Part shown: one piece after another, positions 12,582-23,885 of the stretch
Numbering within the stretch: position 1 is the first letter of the stretch
Layout of the letters: each line of letters begins with the position of its first letter
Assembly (NCBI GenBank): GCA_964187785.1
Contig: OZ076409.1
Span: 91,018,001-91,082,000 of the forward strand
Reading direction: 5' to 3'
DNA length: 64,000 nucleotides
Source of the DNA: Amphiscolops sp. MND2022
Lineage: Eukaryota
Made by a program: the position numbers and the translations under genes
The notes under the pieces: model-generated
Database searches by the model: none
The model's input: only the letters and a program-made list of their open reading frames with translations
Told to the model about the DNA's origin: nothing

Positions 12582-13723
12582 TGGTGACAGGAGCTAACGA
12601 ACCCCAACAGCACATTCCTGAATTCCTCACAGGACGAATTTACTCCCAGCCCGACCTTCAGAGACAAGAATCCGCCCATGATACAACCCTCGACACAACC
12701 CTACCAGTGGCGGAGCCCGTTACAGCCCAACTGTCGCAAGACCCCATCAACCGATTGGCAGATGTCCTGGTAAATCTCCAGAACAAACCACAGTCGATGA
12801 CAATTCGACAAGTCACGACGAACCCTATGACATTTGACGGCAAAACAGAGAAATTCGAATTGTTTGAAGATTTATTTCATACAATGATAAAAATGCAACC
12901 CGCTATGACTGAACAAATGAAAATAAATCATTTTCATTCATTGCTCAGAAAAGGGGCCCTGCAAACCTTCCGAAATATAAACTCTATAAACCGTCAAACA
13001 TTGGAAGACGTACTTGTCATTTTTCGCCGCAAGTACGTTAAACCAGAGTCCCAAGCCACAGCCAAGCACAAGTGGCACAGACTCATTTTCGATCCCAACA
13101 CGATGAAACTACCCGATTTTCTCGAAGAACTCAATCAGGGTGCCGAGAAAGCCTTCGGGGAGAACGCCAAGAGTATGATCGATAGCCTCTTATATGCTAA
13201 ATTACCCCCAAAACTCAAAAGATCGGTGAATATGGCCCGACTGGAAAACGGGACCTACGAGGAGATTGTGGCACATTTAGAAAGAGAACTCGAATTAAAC
13301 GCATTAGAAGAATCTGATGACTTGCCAATAGCTACAATGGCTTCATCGTCAGGAAAAGCACGAAACCTACTATCCAATGGCATCGACACCAACAAGAATA
13401 ACCAATGCTCATACTGCAAGGCTGAAGACCATTTCTGGAAGAATTGCCCAAAACTGAAAAAGAAGAAAGAATCAGAGGCCAAGAATGGCAAGAAGCCTCA
13501 ACGCCAAACTTACCCAGAATGTCCCACCTGCAGCAAAACCAATCATGCAGCAGAGAAATGTTGGCGCGGTGCTGGGGCCCACCTTCGTCCAAAACGAAAT
13601 AGACAGGACTCCTCAAAAGACACGGAGCCCTCAGAGGACGAAGGCATTCGTACCAAAAACGAAAAGCCCACCACATCCACATCAAACCAGTCCAATTTGA
13701 AAAAGACTGATTCAAAAAACTAA
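12020..13723 (+). CDS. gag: Gag (567 aa from the first ATG) with two CCHC zinc knuckles
   Basis: Capsid-like FDGKTEKFELFEDLF; knuckles CSYCKAEDHFWKNC and CPTCSKTNHAAEKC. First in-frame ATG is at 12020. Confidence 0.92.
   Translation: MPSTRRQKAKARRSRELDMLSDYGNMDVMLGEGNSNSIERELDSLINVPEGPQDFRSFPNRENSSQENEIRDIDNRNEPVRESRLIESINMLSGEMNARMSREMETMMDLMQSQISSAISSAISERIIPEIQNMVENLPLSQPGGGPCMSSNEDGMRNVWKSSNTKLTKKDSRSACDLRDHVDPVPYMVTGANEPQQHIPEFLTGRIYSQPDLQRQESAHDTTLDTTLPVAEPVTAQLSQDPINRLADVLVNLQNKPQSMTIRQVTTNPMTFDGKTEKFELFEDLFHTMIKMQPAMTEQMKINHFHSLLRKGALQTFRNINSINRQTLEDVLVIFRRKYVKPESQATAKHKWHRLIFDPNTMKLPDFLEELNQGAEKAFGENAKSMIDSLLYAKLPPKLKRSVNMARLENGTYEEIVAHLERELELNALEESDDLPIATMASSSGKARNLLSNGIDTNKNNQCSYCKAEDHFWKNCPKLKKKKESEAKNGKKPQRQTYPECPTCSKTNHAAEKCWRGAGAHLRPKRNRQDSSKDTEPSEDEGIRTKNEKPTTSTSNQSNLKKTDSKN
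12582..12593 (+). promoter_or_regulatory. Primer binding site, tRNA-Leu-like, inside the gag frame
   Basis: TGGTGACAGGAG directly after the LTR; resembles the complement of a tRNA-Leu 3' end. Confidence 0.7.
13714..13720 (+). promoter_or_regulatory. -1 ribosomal frameshift slippery heptamer A AAA AAC
   Basis: X XXY YYZ pattern in the gag frame just before the gag stop; pol lies in the -1 frame. Confidence 0.75.
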
Positions 13724-13854
13724 TTTTGCCACGACTCCAAATATGTGACCGAATGTCGATACGACAATACGTCATATCAGACCCTGCTAACATTACCTAC
13801 AAGCAATCATAAAATGACATCAATGGAACTCCATCGACTGTCTGGCAGCAGCAG

Positions 13855-16800
13855 ATGGAGGAAGCATATACTGAAACTCAATATATCATAAATAGTGACC
13901 ACCCATACTTATACCGACGTAATAGCCACACGAAAGACTCTGAAACCCAATTCCGACCCTTACAAACTGTCGAAGACTATAACCCTCACTACTATGACCC
14001 TGAGTACGGCAGAGACCCGTACTGGGACGATGACATATACGACAAACAGAATCTACAATTCCGAAACGATGATTACCCTCCTACGGACGATGAAGATGAT
14101 CCTGAGATTCTAGATAACGCACTGTCTCGGGCACTCATCGAACTGTGGCAACCAAATTTTGAGGCAATCAATGATCAGCCTCATGCAATAGAGACACAGG
14201 CTGCATCCGGCCTCCTAGATGAGACGGCCTTCATACATGTCCTTGTAAACAAAGAGGGAGAACCGGCATACATACCCCTATCAACGAACCTCGGACTTAA
14301 ATACAAAAAACGGATGCTATATTTCCCAATGGACTTTGGGGAATTGACCATAGACGGACTTATCGACACTGGAGCTCTGTCAAGTGCAATACCAGAAGCA
14401 GACCTCAGGAAAATACGCTTACTAGCGCCTCAATCCATAGTCAAAGAGGGACCTGCGCCAACATTCCAAATCATGGTCGCAAATGGTCAATTAGAAACCC
14501 CAAAGAGCACTGTTGAACTCAAGTTCGAAGTTGGAGACATTGAATTCCACGAAATCTTTATAGTGATGGAAAAACTGACCGGCCCCATTATAGGACTAAT
14601 GTTCCTTCAAAGGAATCACACAGTCCTGGACATGCGACAAGGCATCCTTAACTTTCCCTATTTCTCTATGCAACTTAAAACGGCTGACCACAAATATTCA
14701 AACGTCTTGGAACCTATACTTAACCCAGACGATGTTACAATACCACCCATTGACCGTACTCTAGTAGAGATCAAATCTCAGATATATAATGAAAATTCGG
14801 TCACAGGGGTGTTACAACCCAGTGATCTTCTCCACGAGGAGAGCGACATCACATTTTGTGCCGCAATAGTCACGTTGACTAATGGAAACGTCAGCGTTCA
14901 TATTAACAATTTCTCAGACCAACCTTACAAGCTCAAAAAGGGACTACACATAGCGAATTTTTCAGTACTAACGCCGGAACAGATGAAACACGTTAAACCA
15001 ATAGACCCGGTGTCCACTTGGCATCTTCTCAACGAAAATGAAGAAGACGCGATCTATTACGTCAGTAGTCTACTTAAGGCTAACAGAAACAATGACCAAT
15101 ACGAACAGTACTGGTTTCCAACCCCAGAGAATCCAGGGGACGAAGATTCCCACACTCCCATCCAACGACGAATTCTCCAGGAATTACGCAATCTACAAGA
15201 AGCTGAACAGCTGGACCCTCAAAACGATGAGGAGTCACGACATAAATTTCTTAGCAACTTTGACTGGAAGGACTCGATGCTACAACAGCACGAAATTAAA
15301 AAGATTGAATCGCTCCTAGTTGAATACCATGACATATTCGCCAGACACAGATTTTACATCGGGATGAATGAAGAATTCACGATCAAACTAACCCCCAAGG
15401 ACGATTCGCCCGCATATAGCCAAAGTCTACCCACCCAAGTCAACCTAAAAGAGGACATCCTCGTCGAACTGGCCCTTTTACACAAATATGGCATCATAAC
15501 TACATTGCCATTTTCTAAATATGCCAGTCCCATATTCGCACAGAAGAAGCCGAATGGGAAACTGAGACTTTTGGTCGACCTAAGGAAAATCAATAAGCTT
15601 ATTTCGGACGACTACATAAACAACAATCATCCAGTTAGCACATTGACGGACGCCGCACAGCATATGGCAGGAAAGAAATTATTCTGTAAACTTGACTGTT
15701 CACAGGCGTACCATTGCCTTCCAATGGCGTACCAAAGGTCCATCGAGATGCTTGCGTTCAACTTTGCGAGCCGCACTTTCGCCTACAGAAGACTTGCCCA
15801 GGGCCTTAGCAGAGCATTATCAGCATTTTCAAGCTTTATGCGAGAATACCTTGATAAAGTTATTAAAGCAGATCAATGTGCCCAATATGTCGATGACATC
15901 GGCATAGCTGCCAACGACGCCGATCATCTCATCAAAAATTTGAAAGCAACGTTCCAATGTATCAGACACGCAGGCCTTAAACTAACAATGCACAAATGCC
16001 ATTTTGGGGCGACAGAAATTGACTTCCTAGGAAGAACAATTACTCCCGAAGGAGTCAAACCACAAAAGCAACAAATAACAACCTTTCTGGAAAGGACCAA
16101 ATTCCCGAAATCCAAAAAGGCCCTGCAGAGATACCTTGGTTTCCTCAACTATTACAGGAACTATATACCAAGATTATCTGAGAAACTAGCCCCCTTCTTC
16201 CAACTCCTCAAAAAGGACGAGAAGGTACTCGTGACCACGGAGCTAGTACAACAATTCAACGAAATTAATCGAGATCTTGACAAATGTAGCCAATTGGCCC
16301 TGAAGCAACCTCTCCCAAACAAACAGCTAGTCCTGATGACAGATGCTAGCTTTACAGCGGCAGGCTACGCGATACTTACCGAAGACGACCCAAATCAAAA
16401 ATTCACTTCTGTCAAAAAATCGTATGCTCCAATAGCATATGGATCAAAGACGTTCACCCCATCACAACTCAAAATGTCCATATACGCCAAAGAATTCTTA
16501 GCTATATATTATGCATTCAAAGAATTTGGACACATATTCTGGGGAACACCCAAACCGACCACCATCCTCACGGACAACAAATCGGTAACGAGGTTTTTCC
16601 AAACGAAAATAATACCTCCAGCGCTATGGAACGCGTGTGACTACGTTTTACAATTCAATTTTATCATTGCCCACATTCCTGGCAAAAACAATACCGCGGC
16701 GGACTATTTATCTCGAATGGAAATGGATCCAAAAGAAAAATTAGTCCTGAAAATCCGCGAAGATGTGGAAACACGGCCCATTGAGGTAAATGTCCAATCA

Positions 16801-18924
16801 GCTGGCGTATCAGAAGAGGAGCAAATTTTTTTCACAGAGGATGATGGTGAAACAGAAGCCCAAATTTGGGAACGCAAAAAACAAAGCCGTACCAATCCAA
16901 CCGACCAGGAGGTCGTAATCCAGATAGACGCAATAACTGAAAATATAGTTGATGAAATTACAAACTTTACCCAAAAGTTGCGCCGAACGAATCAAATACT
17001 GCTCGAACAGTCTAAAGACCCTACCTTGCAACAACTCAAAGCAAAAATACAAAACGAAGATTATTCTGAAGAAATTCTCCAACAGGACATTCGATACAAA
17101 CACTATCTCAACAATTTGGACCGAATAGTCCTTAAAGACGAAATAGTCACGCGACAGTACTATGATGAAACTGGACAAATCAAACACCACCAAATTCTCT
17201 TACCAAAACACCTATTGAAAGAACTTTTAAACGCATTGCACGGCACCGCGCACAAGCATCCCGGCATATCAAAAATGCTACAGGAAATTCGTCAGAAATA
17301 CTATTACCCAGGTATAGCAAAACACGTCAAAAAATGGGTAGAGGGATGTGAAACTTGTGCAAGGGACAAACGTGTTCCAAACAACACAATCACCACTGAG
17401 TTGCTCAACTTGCCTGAATGGGACCTCGGACCGGAGGATGCAATGCAAATTGATTTATTACCAAATCTACCAACAAGTGGAGGCTACCAAACCGTGATGA
17501 CAGCGATAGATGTTTTCTCAAGATACCTGTTTGCCTACCCGTTAGTAGAAGCTACCGCTTCAAACACAGCAAAAGTTCTGATTGACATCATGACAAAACA
17601 TACATATCTGCCGACAACAATCATCACTGACAAAGGAACTGCTTTCACGTCAAAAATTATCGCAGAAATAACTGAAATTCTCGGAATTACACTAAGATGT
17701 GCAACGACTAAACACCCGCAAACAATCGGCAAACTAGAGAGGACACACGCCTCTTTAAAGACTAATTTGAAGATGGCCTCAGGGGAATATCGCCGGCAAT
17801 GGCATAAATACCTACCACTGGCAGTACTCAATTACAATACCACCTACCACTCCAGTATTGGTTGTGAGCCAAGTAAGGTCTTCCACGGACGAATTCCCTA
17901 CAACGTCCTAGATCATAAACTTGGAAATAATCCTAATAAAGGTTTCTTGCCTACTACGGAATTTGCGGAAGAATTACAACAGAGAACACAAATTCTCATT
18001 GACAAAACGAAGCAAAATATCATGCAGTCATACTTGAAATACAAGGAATACTACGACCGGAAGGCCAAGGCAGCTCCCCTTAGTGAACAAGATTTTTGCT
18101 TTATTCTGCAACCCAAAGCAGATAATCAAGGATCAAAAATACCCTTTAGGGAGTACCGATGGATCGGTCCCTACAGAATTGAAAAGGTATTACCTAATGA
18201 CAATTACATTGTTAGACGGTTAAATACAAATAAAACGCAGATATTACACCGGATTCGTCTGAAAAAATTTGTTCCAAACACACCCTTAGAGGACAAATAT
18301 TCCAAAGCGAAATTGCAACCAGATGACGAAATAATCATTCCGCAAGATGATTTATATACCATCTCTTGGGAAGCAGACTTTGATTACCAAGTCTTCGGGC
18401 CGAGACGGGACGATAACACGAATGAAGAATTACATATAGACAACGACGCTAGTACTACTACTCGTGATTACGTCATTGAGGAAGACGCTGATCACAACGC
18501 AAGAAGGCCGGGAACGGCCACCAGCCGAGACAGCACAATTACGCGAGACGCAAATGACGTCACCGAAGGGAATGAAAATGAAGCAAGACCGAGTACGGCA
18601 AATAGCCGAGACGCGCGTACATTAAATGACGATGATGACGTCAATGACAATACTGCAAACGACAAAAGAAACAGTGAAAATGAAAGGCCGAGTACGGCCA
18701 CAAGCCGAGATAACCAAACTTATGGCGACACGCCTACTGAATTGCACAATGAAATTGATGATAGTACTAAACGTTCTCCTAAAAGAGGGGAGGATGATCC
18801 CGTGCCCGGAATATCGGATGATGAAAGAAATGAAAAAATAGAAGGAAATTCAAGCCCTAGAGGAGGGAAATATAATCTTCGACCTAACCCCACCCCCAAC
18901 TATACTGACGAATACAGATACTAG
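13855..18924 (+). CDS. pol: Pol polyprotein: aspartic protease, dUTPase-like remnant, RT, RNase H, integrase (GPY/F)
   Basis: LIDTGA, QYVDD, TDAS..KEFLA..TDNK..ADYLSR, H..H..CETC, IDLL/TDKG/LERTH, WIGPY. The frame extends upstream to the slippery site except for a TAA at 13810. Confidence 0.96.
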   Translation: MEEAYTETQYIINSDHPYLYRRNSHTKDSETQFRPLQTVEDYNPHYYDPEYGRDPYWDDDIYDKQNLQFRNDDYPPTDDEDDPEILDNALSRALIELWQPNFEAINDQPHAIETQAASGLLDETAFIHVLVNKEGEPAYIPLSTNLGLKYKKRMLYFPMDFGELTIDGLIDTGALSSAIPEADLRKIRLLAPQSIVKEGPAPTFQIMVANGQLETPKSTVELKFEVGDIEFHEIFIVMEKLTGPIIGLMFLQRNHTVLDMRQGILNFPYFSMQLKTADHKYSNVLEPILNPDDVTIPPIDRTLVEIKSQIYNENSVTGVLQPSDLLHEESDITFCAAIVTLTNGNVSVHINNFSDQPYKLKKGLHIANFSVLTPEQMKHVKPIDPVSTWHLLNENEEDAIYYVSSLLKANRNNDQYEQYWFPTPENPGDEDSHTPIQRRILQELRNLQEAEQLDPQNDEESRHKFLSNFDWKDSMLQQHEIKKIESLLVEYHDIFARHRFYIGMNEEFTIKLTPKDDSPAYSQSLPTQVNLKEDILVELALLHKYGIITTLPFSKYASPIFAQKKPNGKLRLLVDLRKINKLISDDYINNNHPVSTLTDAAQHMAGKKLFCKLDCSQAYHCLPMAYQRSIEMLAFNFASRTFAYRRLAQGLSRALSAFSSFMREYLDKVIKADQCAQYVDDIGIAANDADHLIKNLKATFQCIRHAGLKLTMHKCHFGATEIDFLGRTITPEGVKPQKQQITTFLERTKFPKSKKALQRYLGFLNYYRNYIPRLSEKLAPFFQLLKKDEKVLVTTELVQQFNEINRDLDKCSQLALKQPLPNKQLVLMTDASFTAAGYAILTEDDPNQKFTSVKKSYAPIAYGSKTFTPSQLKMSIYAKEFLAIYYAFKEFGHIFWGTPKPTTILTDNKSVTRFFQTKIIPPALWNACDYVLQFNFIIAHIPGKNNTAADYLSRMEMDPKEKLVLKIREDVETRPIEVNVQSAGVSEEEQIFFTEDDGETEAQIWERKKQSRTNPTDQEVVIQIDAITENIVDEITNFTQKLRRTNQILLEQSKDPTLQQLKAKIQNEDYSEEILQQDIRYKHYLNNLDRIVLKDEIVTRQYYDETGQIKHHQILLPKHLLKELLNALHGTAHKHPGISKMLQEIRQKYYYPGIAKHVKKWVEGCETCARDKRVPNNTITTELLNLPEWDLGPEDAMQIDLLPNLPTSGGYQTVMTAIDVFSRYLFAYPLVEATASNTAKVLIDIMTKHTYLPTTIITDKGTAFTSKIIAEITEILGITLRCATTKHPQTIGKLERTHASLKTNLKMASGEYRRQWHKYLPLAVLNYNTTYHSSIGCEPSKVFHGRIPYNVLDHKLGNNPNKGFLPTTEFAEELQQRTQILIDKTKQNIMQSYLKYKEYYDRKAKAAPLSEQDFCFILQPKADNQGSKIPFREYRWIGPYRIEKVLPNDNYIVRRLNTNKTQILHRIRLKKFVPNTPLEDKYSKAKLQPDDEIIIPQDDLYTISWEADFDYQVFGPRRDDNTNEELHIDNDASTTTRDYVIEEDADHNARRPGTATSRDSTITRDANDVTEGNENEARPSTANSRDARTLNDDDDVNDNTANDKRNSENERPSTATSRDNQTYGDTPTELHNEIDDSTKRSPKRGEDDPVPGISDDERNEKIEGNSSPRGGKYNLRPNPTPNYTDEYRY

Positions 18925-19099
18925 TCAGAAATGTTAAATTATGTCCCTATTTGTTTTACTGCCCAAGAAGGCATGTTCTTTACTGGGACTACTCTGACTT
19001 TTGACTCAAAAGAAACTAACTATATAAATACAGAGACAAGAAACAGAACTCAAATTTACAAATAAAAAGTCTACAATGGCAAATGTACAATATGTAGAT

Positions 19100-22000
19100 T
19101 TAGTCTTTAGAGCTACCTTCTTTTGGATTTTCTTCGGCCTTTGAAGTTTCAGTGGGAATTATACTTCCAAAGAAAGCGGGCTTCTGAAAACTCCCAGATT
19201 CACGAACAACTTTATGGCCTGCTGTGGATGAAACTGAAGAGCAACGTGAAGGGCCGGCAATTACCTTAACAGGAGTAGGCTTGAGGCCTTTAAAAGTCGT
19301 CATTAAACTCTTCTGAAAGGCTGAACGCCCAAAAGCATCCACGTGCGTCCAGGGATCCCCTGCGAACTGACCAGAACTGAACTGACTATCCATTTCGCGA
19401 AATTTGGCAATGGAACTCTCGGAGGTGCAGTAGCTGACGGACTGAGAACAATTGGCCAAATAAGACTGAGCCGGTAAGAGCATATCTGTGAAACGGCATT
19501 TGAGCTTGGACGTATCCACTTCATGGAATTTAATAGCTGGAAGTTCAGTACCACTCTCAGTAAGGCAGAGGCAACTAAGCCGAAATAAGTGAAACAAACT
19601 TTTGCGACTGCGTAAGGCAGGAAGGGCAACGAGAAAGCCGACCATATCTTTCATTTGGCCGGGCACGTCCTTAAGCTGAGGGAAATTAGCTCGAAAGTGA
19701 TCCACGAATTCCATGTATTCGTCTCGATAATCAGCCTCTGAAGAACGCTGTACCCATCCGCGAAGGGCAAAGGTCTGGAAAAGGGCTCCAAAACAGAACG
19801 TCACTTGCTCCATTGGCAGGGAAACCAGAGTGTGGGGATCAAAGCAAGCCAAGCCGTGGACAATGTCAGCTGTAAGATGGACGTCACGAAGTATTGTCTC
19901 GAGCAAAAAGACGAAGTACCCTCTGGCTTTCGTCGCAAAATTATCCCTTTCGGCAACTAGCAGACCACTAAATTCATTGGCACTAATGTTAGGGTCACTA
20001 CGAGACTGACGGATTTTGGCCTTGCAAACGAGGTCAATGTCGGTGACAAGCTTCAGCCGGTGCCGGAAATCTCGGCAAGATAATAACTTTAAATCATCAG
20101 GGCACAAATAAAGCATTCCAGTCCAATCCATGTCGCCAGGCATACACTTAGGAAGGACGGCCCGTGAACAAAGTTTTCGTAGGAAGCGACAAAATTGTCC
20201 GAAAGTGAAGAAGGAGGCATCGGCTTGCCCAGACAGACTGCGTTCGAAGCACTTGACGTCTAAACACCACATATATAGCGGGGAATCAGAGGAAAATAGA
20301 AATGACCAAAAGGTCATACTTACAATCACGGACTATGAGTCCGAAGATCTCCAACTTGATAGTGAAGTATTCATCCATCAGAATCATCCACTCAAGACTT
20401 TGTGGCTGAAAAGGTCTATGAATAAATCCTCGGAGTGAAAGTTCAAATAACGCTTAGGGAACTACTATTCTTGAAACCATAAACGGAACTTTGACCAGGA
20501 GGTGGAAGACAAAACCATAATGTTCACGCTCAACCTTAGCTGTAAAAGTCTAATCAACTGAACAATAGGAAACTCACCCTGCCTCGAATTCCCTGTCCGG
20601 ATTGGGAAGGTGCATCTTTAGTCATGAAGTCACGAATGTTTGGCCACTGTGCAAGAATTTCCCCACATAAGGCTGGGATGCTTTGCAGATTCAGATCACA
20701 TGTAGTAATGGCCTGAAAAATACACAAGCATTGCCTGTATGCAACTCTGACCTTACCCATCCCTCACTCCTTCACTTGTACAACCAGTTGTTCAGTGCTT
20801 AGAAGATAGGATGAGAAGAAACTAACCGTCGAGAGATTGGGGCAGTCTAACATCCAAGTTTGGCTAAGACCGTTGACGAGGAAGACGGTTAAGTACTTGA
20901 CTTGAGAGAAGATATCGATCTTTCCAAAGAAACATTCGTACTTCTGATGCATGAGTTTTGGCAATGAAAGCACCTCGAATCTGAAGGGATATTGCAGGGA
21001 GAACTTGAAAAGGTCACTTCGGTCAAGGGTTTGCAACACGGCGGAAGGACAGCCGGACACGCTGACTAAGTTAGGCCCGACGGAGACGAAGGACAGCAAT
21101 CGTGAAATGGAACCGAAGAAGTTCCCAGGGTACGAGGAAGCCAGTGGGTGTCTGCACAGCTCTATCCGCTGGATGACATCATCCCGCCAGAAACGTACGG
21201 CCATGTAACAGAAGCCTTTGCGGTCCGTAAACTCCAGAGAGTAAATGCCTTCTGTGGTGATCTGTCCTGCTATATCTTCAGTGCAACGTAAGAAGACGTG
21301 ATGGAAGATTTTCTGGAAACAAAATTAATATTGTTAGCACGGAACGTCCAAAAGGGTCACCCTGGCCAGGGAGTTAATGTAATACTTACAGTGAGGTTGT
21401 CAGATCTCCAATCGAAATCGGAGAAGAACCCTTGGTGGCTAGTGAAGGTTCCGAATCGTGTCCACAGATTTCTCAGTAGGGCTAAATCACCTCCGTGTGG
21501 GGCAAAGAGCCCGATCAAGGAAATTTGGGTAGTCATTCGAAGTTCATCTGGACTGGATGTTCCTCCCATTGTTGCAACGTAATCGTCGTAAAATGGAAAC
21601 TTGTCTCCAATATCGACGAGGGGGGCATCAATAAAAAAACTCTTCTCTTTCTCCAGTTGTAAAGGAGTAAGTATGTACCCATCCTTCCCTCGGACCTGGT
21701 GGGTCACCTTGCCAGTTGTAGCATCTATTTCTCTGAGGTGTTCATACCTCCATCTTTGGTCACGCCGCAGGTGGCCTTGAGTCTTGTAATGGCGAAGGAT
21801 CTCTCGGGCGCCTTTAGAATATATTGATATGTTTGTTTTACATATCTGGCAATAAAATTTGTAACGATTATGTAAGGGATCGAGGGGTCCTGAGACAAAA
21901 AGCCTTGTCCATTGGATGCCCTTAAAGTAGGCATCCTTCATGACTTTGCCTGGTTTGCAAAGCATTCTCCTCCGCTTACGAGGAGGACTAGAATCTGCCC

Positions 22001-23150
22001 CAACGGGGGCTTGTGCCTGCGAAAGAGAAGCTAAAGGACGGTAATCACCACTGCTGTAGCTGCTGCCTGAACAAGGGGTCAGTATCCTGGCTGGATCATG
22101 TTGATCTACCGCCATGTCGAGAGTCTTGGAAGCGGAAATTATATGTGGGCAGCCTTCGGACCCAGTCTCGATGTTCCTCATGTCCTCATCAGTGTCCATT
22201 GCCCCGCTGGTGTAGCCGTCACTTTCGATTCCCGTGGTCTCACCTCCAGAGCTGGACTCGTACCCGGGGCCGGGAGTGGCAGACCTGCGAGGAATATTTC
22301 GCGAGGTACGCTTGTTCAGAGGGATCCCCTCAGTTAACTTTGTCAGTAGCGATTTCATCATGTGGAATGACGACAGCACTGACTCATCAGCTATGGTTCT
22401 CAGCACGGCATGAACCTGACTTTCACTAAAGGCAACAGTTGAATGACCGGCTGGCAGCTCGACAGGCACGTTCTTTGTGAAGAACTTACGGATAACTTCT
22501 TTCCCGGTTGGTGATAGGTTTCGTTCAGTCGAAAGCATCTTGTCCCGATAGGCAGCTTGTTCAGCATCACTATTCCTTGAAGACTGCTGCAAATCCTCGT
22601 CAAGGCTTGTGAATAAGTCAGGATCAAATGAGAAAGTGCCTAATTTAGTGGTAGGCAGATCGACTCCAGAACTGTCGTACAACTCTCCCGGGTCACTGGT
22701 ATCAGAGTGCAAAGCCCTACACTCAGGAGTTCTTGTTCGGGATTCTTCACTATTGCCCGGGACCGGCTGTGGTGCTTTGGTAATTTCTAAAGCTACCGAC
22801 TCAGAGACTTTAGGAACTCCATGTGTGTTTTCCTCAGCCTCAGGAACTTTGGGAGCCGCGTGTGGATCTTCTTCAAGGACGGTGTCAAGGGGTGTTGTTG
22901 ATGCACTTGGAAACTGTGAGACAACTTTCTCAATATAGGCGCTTACACTCTCGTCAGTTGAGTTGGACGCCTGGGATTCGGGTCGCACTTCTTTTTCTGG
23001 CACATTTTGGAATTGGGCCGGTTCATGTTCTTGTCCCTGACCAATGGGAGCAATGGTAGGATTGGTGGATTCTGGCAACCTCTCTTCGTTAGACATCTCT
23101 AAATGGAAAGAGACAAATTTTAGCGGGTAGCTTCCTGAATATGAATCCAT
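19100..23150 (-). CDS. Spliced antisense gene of the retroelement: C2H2/BED-like finger plus degenerate hAT-transposase-like body (about 1245 codons, one internal TGA)
   Basis: Exons 23150-21390, 21312-20578, 20405-20324 and 20259-19100 are joined in frame by GT-AG introns of 77, 172 and 64 nt (donors GTAAGT, GTGAGT, GTAAGT). Finger CQICK..RHYKTQGH; NLS-like PPRKRRR; TGA at 20764-20766. Confidence 0.8.
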
Positions 23151-23804
23151 GAGACCGATTTACAAATCTTCTAGAATTAAAATTGAAACATACGGCAAAA
23201 CGCTTATGCTCTTTGAAACAAATGGACAGGAAGTATTACGAGCGTGAACAGGTCCTGATCAAACCTATTTCCGTTCAAAAAGAAAAGACCAGATAGCTAA
23301 CCTGACATTGCAAAAGATTTGAATCGGATGTGGCCCAGAAAGACAATTGACAGGAAGATGGAGAAAGGAGACTGATGCTGTTACGAAGAATAAGGTACTT
23401 GAACCCCAAGTAGGAAATCCAACTTCAAAGAGAAGTCGTCTGCTGTCCGAGTATGGCCAAAGAGTAGAAGGCTGATAGTCCAATAGTGAAATTGATAATA
23501 ATAAGTAACGGACCAGAAGACTAACAACTATACTAAATAGACAATGTATAAATACGGAAGTGGTTAGAATTTGAATGGATAAAGTAACAATTGAATGAAT
23601 GACGAAGATTGCTGAAAGAAGAGTTGGAGATCGTGGCAAACTGGAATTGATGTCAAACAATTATACAATTATAGGTGTCATTTTGTGGATGGAACCTGCC
23701 AGAGAAATCCACAAAGTTATCCTCAAAATCTTATTTTACCACGGATCTATTATTTTACAGTTATTTCATTATTTTATTTATTTCCTTATTTGGAATATTA
23801 TTAT

Positions 23805-23885
23805 TTCGTCCGCCATTTCGGAATGCGGATAGCAATGGCGATTCTTATTGGCTATCGCGGCGATGAGCCGCGCGTGGCCTCAAAT
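23805..23885. promoter_or_regulatory. Candidate internal bidirectional promoter
   Basis: CpG-rich patch between the two divergent ORFs, with YY1-like CCGCCATTT and AATGGCG on opposite strands and ATTGG (CCAAT). Confidence 0.4.

Noticed and set aside
12214..18841. Many short ORFs overlapping gag and pol on either strand
   Set aside because: Shadow frames of the long ORFs with no independent motifs.
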